From the IMG/VR virus record IMGVR_UViG_3300046821_000134, positions 1-64,000 of that record: a stretch of 64,000 nt of DNA; one strand, 5' to 3'. The stretch comes from a virus. Shown piece by piece: positions 47,910 to 56,296 of this stretch. Every line of letters begins with the position of its first letter. The first letter of the stretch is position 1. The position numbers were made by a program, and so were the translations under genes. Under the pieces are notes generated by a model, which saw only the letters and a program-made list of their open reading frames with translations, had not been told where the DNA came from and did no database searches.

Positions 47910-48470
47910 TTACTTCTTGAGAGATTGCTTGATGATTTTCATCGTAAGGTTTTCTTCAGGGGCTTTATCAGCATCACCCGACACACCAACTTCTTTGAAC
48001 ATTGCGCTCTCTGCTTCCTTGGCAAAGGATGCCTTGAATCCAGATACGACAACGTCAAATGACTCACGCGGCAATTCACCGATAGCGGTAAAGGTAGTTT
48101 CGAAACCGGGATTATCCTTACCGATAACGTCCGCCAGCATCTCACGACGCTCGTTGAGTTCCTTCAGCTTGGCTTGCTCTTGGAGAGCGGCAGCTTCAGC
48201 TTCAGCCTTAGCAGCGAGGTCGGCATAGCCTTCCAGCTTGCTGTTCAGAGATGCCAGCAGGGCATCCTTTTCTGTTACTACACTGTTGAGCTGTTCCACT
48301 TGGGAAACCAGCTCAGCGAGTTGTTCTTGAAGGGGCTGCATCGCTGCAAGCTCCAACAGTTCTTCTTGTACTTCCTGTACAGCCTCAGCTACAACAGGAG
48401 CGTCCGCTACATTGATAGTGACATTGGTAGCTGATACGCCCTTGAGTGCCTTTTTCAGTGCATCAAGCAT
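47910..48470 (-). CDS. scaffolding protein
   Basis: Acidic coiled coil between protease and decoration genes. Confidence 0.75.
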   Translation of the reverse strand: MLDALKKALKGVSATNVTINVADAPVVAEAVQEVQEELLELAAMQPLQEQLAELVSQVEQLNSVVTEKDALLASLNSKLEGYADLAAKAEAEAAALQEQAKLKELNERREMLADVIGKDNPGFETTFTAIGELPRESFDVVVSGFKASFAKEAESAMFKEVGVSGDADKAPEENLTMKIIKQSLKK

Positions 48471-49302
48471 TGTTACTCCTTACATAGTCAAGAAATTCCC
48501 TTGGAGTCATAACCTTGTTTACAAGGCCAATCTCCAAAGCCTTTTCTGCGTGGAACGACTGAGCATCCAACGCTAAAATCGTTTCCACAGACAATCCTGT
48601 ATACATGGAAACATGCTCGGCAAACTGCATACCAAGACGGGATACGTCTTCTTGCACCTTAGCCAAAAACTTTTCTGAGAAGCTGCCATCTTCGTTGAAA
48701 GGAGACTTACCTGCCAGCGATGTAATCACCACCCGCTTGTACCCTTCCTTATCAAGAGCTTTGGAATCATCAAGTAGCGCAACAATACAGCCTACTGAGC
48801 CTGTAGTGCCGTCAGGAGAAGAAACAACTTCATCCATCATGCAAGCCCAAGCATACGCTGCAGAACAGGCCATCTCATCTACATATGCAACGAGCTTTAC
48901 GCCAGCTTCGTCTGCCATGCGCCTCACTTCATTAGCAGAAGTGAAACAGGCTTGTGCTGCACCGCCGGGGCTGCTGAACGAGAACACAATCTGTTTAGCA
49001 CCAGCATCAATTGCTTCGCCAACTTGTTCAATCAGCTCTGTGTAAGCCACGCCAACCTTGCCACACGCTGTGTATATTGGCTTGTACGAAAGGGCGCCTT
49101 CTACGTTGATGAAAGCTACCCCGTTAAGCACTTCCATATCTTCTTTGTCTGGCTTGTTCTCATCGTCTTCTACATCACGCATGAACGAAGGATCAGCCGT
49201 TCTATTCACAAGGTACTGTGCGATAGGGGCCAATGCTTCTGCTGTAATGAGTTGAGGATGAGCCAAGATTTGTTCAGTTAGCCTGAATAGTCTATGACTC
49301 AT
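48463..49302 (-). CDS. S49-family prohead protease
   Basis: SSPGG, ACSAAY, GSVG, A..A...GLV. Confidence 0.92.
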   Translation of the reverse strand: MSHRLFRLTEQILAHPQLITAEALAPIAQYLVNRTADPSFMRDVEDDENKPDKEDMEVLNGVAFINVEGALSYKPIYTACGKVGVAYTELIEQVGEAIDAGAKQIVFSFSSPGGAAQACFTSANEVRRMADEAGVKLVAYVDEMACSAAYAWACMMDEVVSSPDGTTGSVGCIVALLDDSKALDKEGYKRVVITSLAGKSPFNEDGSFSEKFLAKVQEDVSRLGMQFAEHVSMYTGLSVETILALDAQSFHAEKALEIGLVNKVMTPREFLDYVRSNNA

Positions 49303-49314
49303 TTATTCCCTTTC

Positions 49315-50802
49315 CTATGCTGCATTATCTGCGTTATTTGTAGAAGAGTCGCCAGAACCGCCAACGGCTTTTCCTGTACCGCCCGGCAAACCTTCCACAA
49401 GTCCATCGCCTGAGCGAGACGTAGCCTGCGGCATATACTTTTCTCTTGGCTCAATGTCCTCTGCCAATGTGTCAATGCCGATGTGCTCACGAATCTTGTT
49501 GAGGAATCTACGATCCATCTCGACAGCACCCACAGCAGATACACGCTGAATCAGCTTACCGAATTCATCAGCGGACATCTCAGAGACAACTCCCGGAACA
49601 GCCTTGCAATATTCCTTGTCATCCCATCCGTTGAATCTGTACAGATCAGGGATGAGTTGTTGGTTAATCACTTCAGACAGTTCCCGCAGCTTGTACGAGA
49701 CAGAAGCCTCCACCATGCCAAGTTTGCCATCTGCAAGGCTGAATGATCCTTGGCCGTTGTTACCAAGCTGGAGCATGTCGGCAAACATGCTGATAAGCAT
49801 TTGAGTCTGTAATTGCTGGATGATTGCTTGCGTATCGAAGGCTCTTGCGCCAGAAGAACTAAGCAGCTCGGCTGAGTAGTGCTCCTTGCCTTGGCCGTTA
49901 TCCCCTTGCGTTGTGCTTGGGAGAAGCAAGCCTTGCTGCTCACCTGTGCTAACGTTACGAAGAACGCGCTTTAGCTCTTCAAAGGAAGCCTTCTGTTCAG
50001 CAGAGGCGTTAGGGCTGAATACGTCTGCAGGGGCCTTCATTACAAGGATGCCTGCTAGGTCACGTGTCACCCCAATTGCTTGCGCTTCTTCCACAGCCCG
50101 CTTATAGCGGAATGGGACGTAAGCACTTTTAAGGATTGGCGTACCTTCTGGGTTATCGTTTTTAGGGCTGCTACGGAACAACATAAACTTCTCACGAGGA
50201 ATTTCAATCGTAGAAGCTATTGCATTGCTGAACCGATCTGCGTATACTATGTTCTTGAGTGATTGTTCTACCCCAAGTAGCTCTCGTCCATCGTCAGAGA
50301 ACAACCAGCCGGAGATTGTAGATTGACTACGCACAGCCAACTTAGAAATGCCTACAAGACCATCACTGTGCTTGCTGTTCTTCTTTGTTCTACGTTTGAA
50401 CACTTTCTCTACAACGCAGAAGCCGTAATCAAGATAGGAGAGGGCGCTTTGAACAAAGCTAAACCACGTTTGGTCATCCATGTCATCAAGGCAAGATTGG
50501 ATGAACTTGGCACGTTCCTTCTGTGTAGCAGAAGCGCCTACGGGTGGCTCGATTGTCCATTCAGGGCGGGCCATGAGCATCTTGTACATCTCAAGAGCTG
50601 CTGAGATAACTGGCTCTGAAAGCATTTCATCGATTGTCTCGATGCGCTTAGGCATGCGAAAGCGTTTGTCACGCTCCTCAAGAATCTGTTTTGCTGTGAA
50701 TTTGAGGCCAGTGTAACCTGCCTCTGAGAAACCTGCGATGCGAGGAACGCCGGGGGCTCCCTCATCTGGCTGTAGGAGGGATTCTTTGAGTTTTCTTGCC
50801 AC
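49315..50802 (-). CDS. portal protein
   Basis: YGF...EKV, NPEG...L...Y, G..RDL.G, GSFSL; follows terL; promoter TTGACA-17-TATAAT at 50852-50880. Confidence 0.9.
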   Translation of the reverse strand: MARKLKESLLQPDEGAPGVPRIAGFSEAGYTGLKFTAKQILEERDKRFRMPKRIETIDEMLSEPVISAALEMYKMLMARPEWTIEPPVGASATQKERAKFIQSCLDDMDDQTWFSFVQSALSYLDYGFCVVEKVFKRRTKKNSKHSDGLVGISKLAVRSQSTISGWLFSDDGRELLGVEQSLKNIVYADRFSNAIASTIEIPREKFMLFRSSPKNDNPEGTPILKSAYVPFRYKRAVEEAQAIGVTRDLAGILVMKAPADVFSPNASAEQKASFEELKRVLRNVSTGEQQGLLLPSTTQGDNGQGKEHYSAELLSSSGARAFDTQAIIQQLQTQMLISMFADMLQLGNNGQGSFSLADGKLGMVEASVSYKLRELSEVINQQLIPDLYRFNGWDDKEYCKAVPGVVSEMSADEFGKLIQRVSAVGAVEMDRRFLNKIREHIGIDTLAEDIEPREKYMPQATSRSGDGLVEGLPGGTGKAVGGSGDSSTNNADNAA

Positions 50803-50927
50803 CTATACCTCCTCGTTAAATTTAATGAGCATTCCTAATTCCTATACTAATATTATAACATAAGAACCTTGTTTTGTCAATGTTTTACAGCAAATATATT
50901 GACATATAAAGGCTCTTATGCTATTGG

Positions 50928-53465
50928 TTAAGACGGGATAGGCCCTTCTCTTGTTAAAGAGATGCCTGAGAGGGATACGTTAGGAGAGGATTGATACGCT
51001 TTAGCGAGAATCTTCAAGGCGCTTGATGTAGCATCAACCTCGTCATCGTGAATCTTTCGCATAGACTCAGGGGTGCCTTTGAACATCTCAAGCGTTTCAA
51101 GCCACTCATCATTCCATGCCCCGACCACGATCTTCACTTTACCTGCTTCTGCAAGCTGGCAGAATGGGAGGAACCTTTGTAGCTTACCGCTCCAGCCACT
51201 CATCTTATCAACTTTGACGATAAGCCCTTCCTCAGAGAGAACTGTTACCATGTGGTTTGCCACGTATTTACCTGCTGCACCAGCGTCCTGTGGTACAACA
51301 ATAGGAACGTGTAACCCATCTCTAGTTGCCTGAGTGATGATGCGCTCAAGCACTGCATGAGGCTTCGCATGGAACTTGACCATATCAATCACGTAATACG
51401 TCCCAAACCTGTCACGCCCCATTAGCATTCCAACCGTGGCATCAGGATTACGATTAACCTCAGACTTCTCTGTTGCTGCCAAGTCGTAGGCTCTAACAAG
51501 GTCGGTATCCACCGGTACCTGATCCATTGTTATCAGATCGCACCAAGACCGGTTAAACATGTTCTGTCCAACATCGATATTAAGCCATGAGCCATGCAGG
51601 TATTTCAGTTGGTTGCGCTTAGGCTGTGCAAGGAGGCTTGGAAGGTAGGTGTTGTTGCGTGGAGGGAGTAGGTAGGGGTTGTCGTAGACCGTAGAAGGGA
51701 TAAATCTGAATGACTTAGCAATAAAGAGCTTACCTTTTGGCACGTCGCGTATCTGTGCTGCAGTAAGCCCCTTCCCTCTAATCATGCCGCGTGGGGCGCC
51801 ATGAATCTCAAAACACTCCTCTTCTGAGTCTGCCCACAAAACCTTGCCATCAAGAACAACCATCCAGCGAACCTTGTCTTCTGTTCCCGGCTTTGGCACG
51901 CCATCTTCGTCTAGGCAGTAATCTACCCACTCCCTTAGAAAGCTATTATGATTTGGGTTAGCTGTTAGGATAACTTGTTCTTTGTATTTTGAGTGGGCAC
52001 TACGAACCCGAGACAACAAGAATAAAATTACATCCAAAGACCAATCATCGCCGGCTTCGTCCACGCATAAACGGCTAGCTTGGAGGCCCTGGAGGCTACC
52101 AAGCACACTTGCATCTGGGATACCAAGGAACTGTATCTCGGCCTGAGATGGGAACGTCCAGATCAGTCCAGTCTTATTAAAGTCACCGCCAAAAGGTTGG
52201 TAGAATTGTTTAGATTCATTCACAATGCCACCGGGGCGTGTAAGCTCAGGTCTTGATTTACGCGCAATCACGATGCGCTCATTTGGATCATCCAAGTATG
52301 CCAACATCTTCATCAAAATTGTTGACGTATTGTGTGTCACAATGTAGTTTGTTGTAATATACAGCTTTTCGTCTCCTGATATACTAATACAAGACGCTTC
52401 TCCTTTTCCTATTGGCTCTATGCACTCAACGCGTAACCCCACGTGTTTGGATATTGTTCTGTCTTTTTTCGCAGGAAGTCTGAAAAGACTCCCTTGGTTC
52501 ATTCCCCTCACATACAGTTTATAAACAATGGAGCAAATATGCTTTACACCATCTTTGACGTAACTTCCCTGCTTGGTGGAGAGCTTTGCAGTGTACCCAA
52601 GTGAGTGAAGGATTTCCTTAACCTGATGAGCCATTCGTTCGGAGGTTGTGTCATAATATACGTTACCTCTTTTACATACATAGCCGTCTGTATCAAACAA
52701 CCCCTGTAGTAAGTCAAAACGATTCTTGATAGAGCCTAACATATATTCTTCAGGAATGAATTTGGTCTGAGAAAGGGTTCCTCTCAGGCCAAGGCGTTCC
52801 ATTTCAGAAAATGTGCCAAGAAGAGTTTTTGTAACAGATGTTGGTCTGCCCTCATTAAGAGTAAAGGCGCCGGGAGTAATCCCTTCCCGCTTTAGTTCTT
52901 CCCACACAAATTCACTACTGTTAGTTACAGCCGGGCTTCCTGTTTTTGGTATATGGCCGTCACCTAGTATAACCCCCATCGCATAAGGGGAGATAACGTG
53001 TTCTTTGTGTTCGGAATGTTGTACTGGCTTTATAAGAGGTATGATCGGAAGTCTTTTACGAATTCCTTTTGTCCCTTCGTATTTAGAGGTTACTTTCAAC
53101 ATTTCAAGCGTATTTGTAATCTTACTGTTAACTTGCCCGTCACCTGCCTCATGCCATTTCCATAGATGTTCTCCACAACAGTCTATGATTCTTCCATCTT
53201 GAAAACGAACACGGTATAAGTCAACAACCCCCTGAGGAAATACGCCGGTAACAGTCTCAACCGTGTTATCAGGAGTAATTACTTTGTCGCCAACCTTAAT
53301 ATCTTCAATATTTACGAACCCGTTTACAGTTAAAACTTTCTCTCCATGTCGAAGAGCTTTCCCGCCGCCAGCACCACCACCCACAAGGATAATGTCTTCT
53401 TGTGCTTCTAGCATCATTCTTTGCTTTACTGACGCCGGGCCGAACACCTTATTCTCAGCCATCAC
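50928..53465 (-). CDS. terL: terminase large subunit with intein
   Basis: Walker A GGGAGGGK|T, Walker B CVDEA, TANP, DNPYL, RAYDLAA, HDDEVDA. Confidence 0.95.
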   Translation of the reverse strand: MMAENKVFGPASVKQRMMLEAQEDIILVGGGAGGGKALRHGEKVLTVNGFVNIEDIKVGDKVITPDNTVETVTGVFPQGVVDLYRVRFQDGRIIDCCGEHLWKWHEAGDGQVNSKITNTLEMLKVTSKYEGTKGIRKRLPIIPLIKPVQHSEHKEHVISPYAMGVILGDGHIPKTGSPAVTNSSEFVWEELKREGITPGAFTLNEGRPTSVTKTLLGTFSEMERLGLRGTLSQTKFIPEEYMLGSIKNRFDLLQGLFDTDGYVCKRGNVYYDTTSERMAHQVKEILHSLGYTAKLSTKQGSYVKDGVKHICSIVYKLYVRGMNQGSLFRLPAKKDRTISKHVGLRVECIEPIGKGEASCISISGDEKLYITTNYIVTHNTSTILMKMLAYLDDPNERIVIARKSRPELTRPGGIVNESKQFYQPFGGDFNKTGLIWTFPSQAEIQFLGIPDASVLGSLQGLQASRLCVDEAGDDWSLDVILFLLSRVRSAHSKYKEQVILTANPNHNSFLREWVDYCLDEDGVPKPGTEDKVRWMVVLDGKVLWADSEEECFEIHGAPRGMIRGKGLTAAQIRDVPKGKLFIAKSFRFIPSTVYDNPYLLPPRNNTYLPSLLAQPKRNQLKYLHGSWLNIDVGQNMFNRSWCDLITMDQVPVDTDLVRAYDLAATEKSEVNRNPDATVGMLMGRDRFGTYYVIDMVKFHAKPHAVLERIITQATRDGLHVPIVVPQDAGAAGKYVANHMVTVLSEEGLIVKVDKMSGWSGKLQRFLPFCQLAEAGKVKIVVGAWNDEWLETLEMFKGTPESMRKIHDDEVDATSSALKILAKAYQSSPNVSLSGISLTREGPIPS
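52329..53357 (-). mobile_element. 343-aa LAGLIDADG intein, class 3 signature
   Basis: Starts with Ala (ALRHGEKV); block B EHLW; block F ASCISI; ends IVTHN|T; LAGLIDADG motifs MGVILGDG and LQGLFDTDG. Confidence 0.92.
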
Positions 53466-53698
53466 CCTTCCTCCAAATCAAACTTAAAATACATCCCCTT
53501 ATTGCTACTATTCACAGCAATGATGGGCAACTTCCTCGCATTGGCAATCAATGCCAATAGCTCAATAAATTCCTTAGAACTCTTCCCCACAACATCTACG
53601 CAATCCAATGAGAGAGAATCTAGCTCGCCGTCCTCATCAAGATAGGCCCAACGCAGGGAGTATTTCCCACGATAAGAAACTACACGAATGTTCTTCAC
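53462..53698 (-). CDS. hypothetical protein
   Basis: AAGGA RBS; overlaps terL start. Confidence 0.65.
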   Translation of the reverse strand: MKNIRVVSYRGKYSLRWAYLDEDGELDSLSLDCVDVVGKSSKEFIELLALIANARKLPIIAVNSSNKGMYFKFDLEEG

Positions 53699-53725
53699 TT
53701 ACATTTCCTTTACGAATAAATGGAA

Positions 53726-53759
53726 CAAAAATAACGCCCAAAGGATTTCTCCTTGGGCG
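53726..53759 (-). terminator. intrinsic terminator closing the large ncRNA
   Basis: CGCCCAAGGA-GAAA-TCCTTTGGGCG-TTATTTTTG. Confidence 0.85.
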
Positions 53760-54294
53760 CATTGAAACACTATATCGGAAAGGATAAGTGAGAGGAGAAA
53801 CTTAGAGATTATCTGTCCCAACGCATCTCACGCCGGGAGGGTGTTTGCTTCAACACCTAAGCTCCACTGTAAGCAACAGCAGAGGAATACGCGTAACTCT
53901 TTAGGAGAAGGGTTTTACGCATTGGTTGTGGGTGACCGACTCGTCAGCGGGGTGCTTCCCCAGACAGGCGTATAGTCGATTAGCTCAGTCTCGCATACAC
54001 GCAGTGCGAAACATAGTTACAGCGTCCTGTAACGATCCTCTTTTACCCACAAGGAAGTAGTCTATCCGAGGATGTCTTAACACTTGTGGGCTAGGACTTC
54101 CTGTTCTGACTGCTTCCTTGTAGGTGCTGGTTACTAATCCAGCGATAGGCTTTCGGGCTACCAGCTCCACTGTCCCGCCTGTGTCTTATTACGCATTTCA
54201 GGTCTTTGCGTACAACATCCCCGGAGGTCAAAGGAGGTAACAAATCCCTCCGGGGAACACATCACAATGTGTCTTTTCTCATCTCTCACTGTAT
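53727..54294 (-). ncRNA. candidate large ornate ncRNA (~570 nt)
   Basis: Consensus promoter and terminator; no credible ORF; 5' and 3' ends pair; many long helices. Confidence 0.7.
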
Positions 54295-54300
54295 ATAGAC

Positions 54301-54329
54301 ATTATATACCCGGGATGTGTCTTTGTCAA
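54301..54329 (-). promoter_or_regulatory. perfect-consensus sigma70 promoter
   Basis: TTGACA-17-TATAAT facing a non-coding region. Confidence 0.9.
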
Positions 54330-54337
54330 GCTATTTA

Positions 54338-54739
54338 TTAAACATTTTTCAGATGGTCAATGTCCAACACACCATCTCCTGTGGTAGCATCTTCTCCGTC
54401 AATGTTTTGAATAACACTTGGAGAGAATGTTACACGAGGCTTCCCATCTTCCTCTTCTGGAGTTATTGTCTTCATGCCAATACGGACAAGCTGTTTCTCT
54501 TGCAGTTCTGCTCTGACATTGGCAATACTAGCTGCAAGGTTATTCTTTGCACTCCTATCAATATTCTCTGACTGCAACGTAAGCACCTTAGTAATCAAAT
54601 CAGCCTTTATCTTGATATCAGCCTCAGGGTCTTGCAGGATTGCAATAGCAGCATTATAGGCCATCTTGGAGAGCTTATCAAGGTTCTTGATCAGCTTTTT
54701 CTGCTCTGCTGTGATGGCTTTTGCGTCAATTTCCTTCAT
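54338..54739 (-). CDS. putative terminase small subunit
   Basis: Helical 133-aa protein upstream of terL; call is positional only. Confidence 0.45.
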   Translation of the reverse strand: MKEIDAKAITAEQKKLIKNLDKLSKMAYNAAIAILQDPEADIKIKADLITKVLTLQSENIDRSAKNNLAASIANVRAELQEKQLVRIGMKTITPEEEDGKPRVTFSPSVIQNIDGEDATTGDGVLDIDHLKNV

Positions 54740-55265
54740 TGTGTTCCTTCCTAAATCTTACAATATCTTCTGCGTAGCTCTTGCACGCATCTAGACGTGA
54801 TTTCATTTCGTCTGCGTCTCTGTACGTGGCAACAAGTGACTCTGTAAATTCTCCAGATAGCTTGCATACCCCTGAGGTGGCGTTGGGGATGCTTGCAGCA
54901 GGATCGCTGGAGGCTGTGGTGGCAGCACTACTGTTGCTGGAACAGGAAGAGGACTTGACATACAGCCCATCGTACTTAGCACGCAGCTTATTGATACTAT
55001 CTTGAGCACCACGGAGTTTTTCATTCGCTGATAGATACTTGGATTCAATCTCAGAAACTCTTTGTGCGCCTTCTCTTTCTGCTTTTGTTGCCTCCGAATT
55101 TGCCGCTGCAATCTCAGATATCTGCTTGTTCCGCTCTTCGACATACGTTTTCTCCATTCTTGTGATAATCACGTCATACTTGTTTGCCTGCCACTTCCAT
55201 ACAGCAGCTCCCGCTACGAGAGCACTGGCAATGGCAATTATAATGTACAACTGAGGGAATGTCAT
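54726..55265 (-). CDS. inner-membrane spanin (Rz-like)
   Basis: N-terminal TM, coiled coil, periplasmic Cys residues. Confidence 0.88.
   Translation of the reverse strand: MTFPQLYIIIAIASALVAGAAVWKWQANKYDVIITRMEKTYVEERNKQISEIAAANSEATKAEREGAQRVSEIESKYLSANEKLRGAQDSINKLRAKYDGLYVKSSSCSSNSSAATTASSDPAASIPNATSGVCKLSGEFTESLVATYRDADEMKSRLDACKSYAEDIVRFRKEHNEGN
54803..55024 (-). CDS. outer-membrane spanin lipoprotein (Rz1-like), embedded in Rz
   Basis: MKNSVVLKIVSISCVLSTMG-C lipobox-like site; Pro-rich mature part; alternative frame inside Rz. Confidence 0.82.
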   Translation of the reverse strand: MKNSVVLKIVSISCVLSTMGCMSSPLPVPATVVLPPQPPAILLQASPTPPQGYASYLENLQSHLLPRTETQTK

Positions 55266-55630
55266 TACTTGTTCCTTGTTAGCTTGATCCCAAAGTTACC
55301 TCGCTCACGCCATCCCATGTAGAACTTACACCAGCCGATGTACGAGATAAACGGGTAGTTTTTATTGTTATAAATTGAGTGATGATTCAGTCTATTCCAT
55401 CCACCTTTCGGACTGAACACATCAAAAGGGTAATCTCCTGTTGTGAGGAAAGGACGAGGAACGCCTATAACACTAAAGCACCAATTATGAAATGGATTTC
55501 GCAGCCACCACTTGATAGCCATCCACACAGACTCTTCTTGCTCAGGATTGAATGACTTGTCTCCGTAGATTCCGTCTTCGTCGTTCCCGAACATAGCCCA
55601 AATAAACCATTGAAATTTACTCAATCGCAT
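55265..55630 (-). CDS. conserved Trp-rich lysis-cassette protein
   Basis: FGNDEDG..G, WWLRNP.HN..F, Y.GWR..G.FG.K. Confidence 0.75.
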   Translation of the reverse strand: MRLSKFQWFIWAMFGNDEDGIYGDKSFNPEQEESVWMAIKWWLRNPFHNWCFSVIGVPRPFLTTGDYPFDVFSPKGGWNRLNHHSIYNNKNYPFISYIGWCKFYMGWRERGNFGIKLTRNK

Positions 55631-55654
55631 CCTCCTTCAAACATTGTAATAAAA

Positions 55655-56164
55655 TCATCTTGCGTCTTTTTTGTTGTATACATTACAAAGATCTCTTTCA
55701 AGAAGTCTACGCGTGTAAACCCCATAACAATTGTTTGAACGAATTGAGCAATCCTTCCCTGCCACGAACCTGTATTTAATAAGGGCGCTACAAGCAGATG
55801 GATCCTCTTTAGTGATAAGCATAGGTAGCCCGCTGTCAACGATTCTCTTAGGCCCGAGGTTGTACCCTGCTAAGACAGCGAGTATTTTATGTCCGTCCTT
55901 TGCGTTAGGGGGGAGATGCTTAAGACTTTTTTCTGCGTGTTCGATAATTACTGTTTCGTCAAGGGCTGCACACTCTTCTTTTGTGTATGTTTTTCCGACT
56001 ATAGGTTTCGGAAAAGTAACGCCGCTACATACTGTCAAAACCCCTCCTTTGTCGTAGTAAGGCACATACTTAGTGCCCTCTAGTCTTGGAATTTGTGTTG
56101 CAATAACTGTAGCTGCAACTGCGCCAACCAATACCGCAAGCCGTCCTTTTACATGGTTGCTCAT
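55655..56164 (-). CDS. GH24 endolysin with N-terminal SAR domain
   Basis: E-8aa-D-5aa-T triad (EGTKYVPYYDKGGVLT); Gly/Ala-rich N-terminal anchor; promoter at 56182-56209. Confidence 0.9.
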   Translation of the reverse strand: MSNHVKGRLAVLVGAVAATVIATQIPRLEGTKYVPYYDKGGVLTVCSGVTFPKPIVGKTYTKEECAALDETVIIEHAEKSLKHLPPNAKDGHKILAVLAGYNLGPKRIVDSGLPMLITKEDPSACSALIKYRFVAGKDCSIRSNNCYGVYTRRLLERDLCNVYNKKDAR

Positions 56165-56235
56165 TAATTACCCCTTCCTTTATTATAGCATATAAACATA
56201 CGAAGTCAAGCGAGCGTTTGAGTTTCCTTAACGTA

Positions 56236-56271
56236 GAAAAGGCTCCTTAACATTGTCAGTGTTAAGGAGCA
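56236..56271 (-). terminator. intrinsic terminator
   Basis: GCTCCTTAACA...TGTTAAGGAGC followed by CTTTT. Confidence 0.75.
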
Positions 56272-56296
56272 CATTTGATGTTAATAAAGGTGCATC

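Noticed and set aside
53938-53980. Hammerhead-like elements in the large RNA (GUC, UGGGG/CCCCG stem, CUGACGA)
   Set aside because: The required C-GAAA strand is missing (candidates read UAUA or AGACA), so a canonical core cannot be built. A self-cleavage test would settle it.
53985-54170. 61-aa ORF inside the ncRNA region
   Set aside because: GTG start without a convincing RBS, lying within dense helices; probably incidental
53727-54294. tRNA, tmRNA, RNase P or group I intron identity for the large RNA
   Set aside because: No T-loop GUUCRA cloverleaf, no GGGG...CCACCA tmRNA ends, no GAGGAAAGUCC/P4 pair, and no P4-P6 or J8/7 consensus
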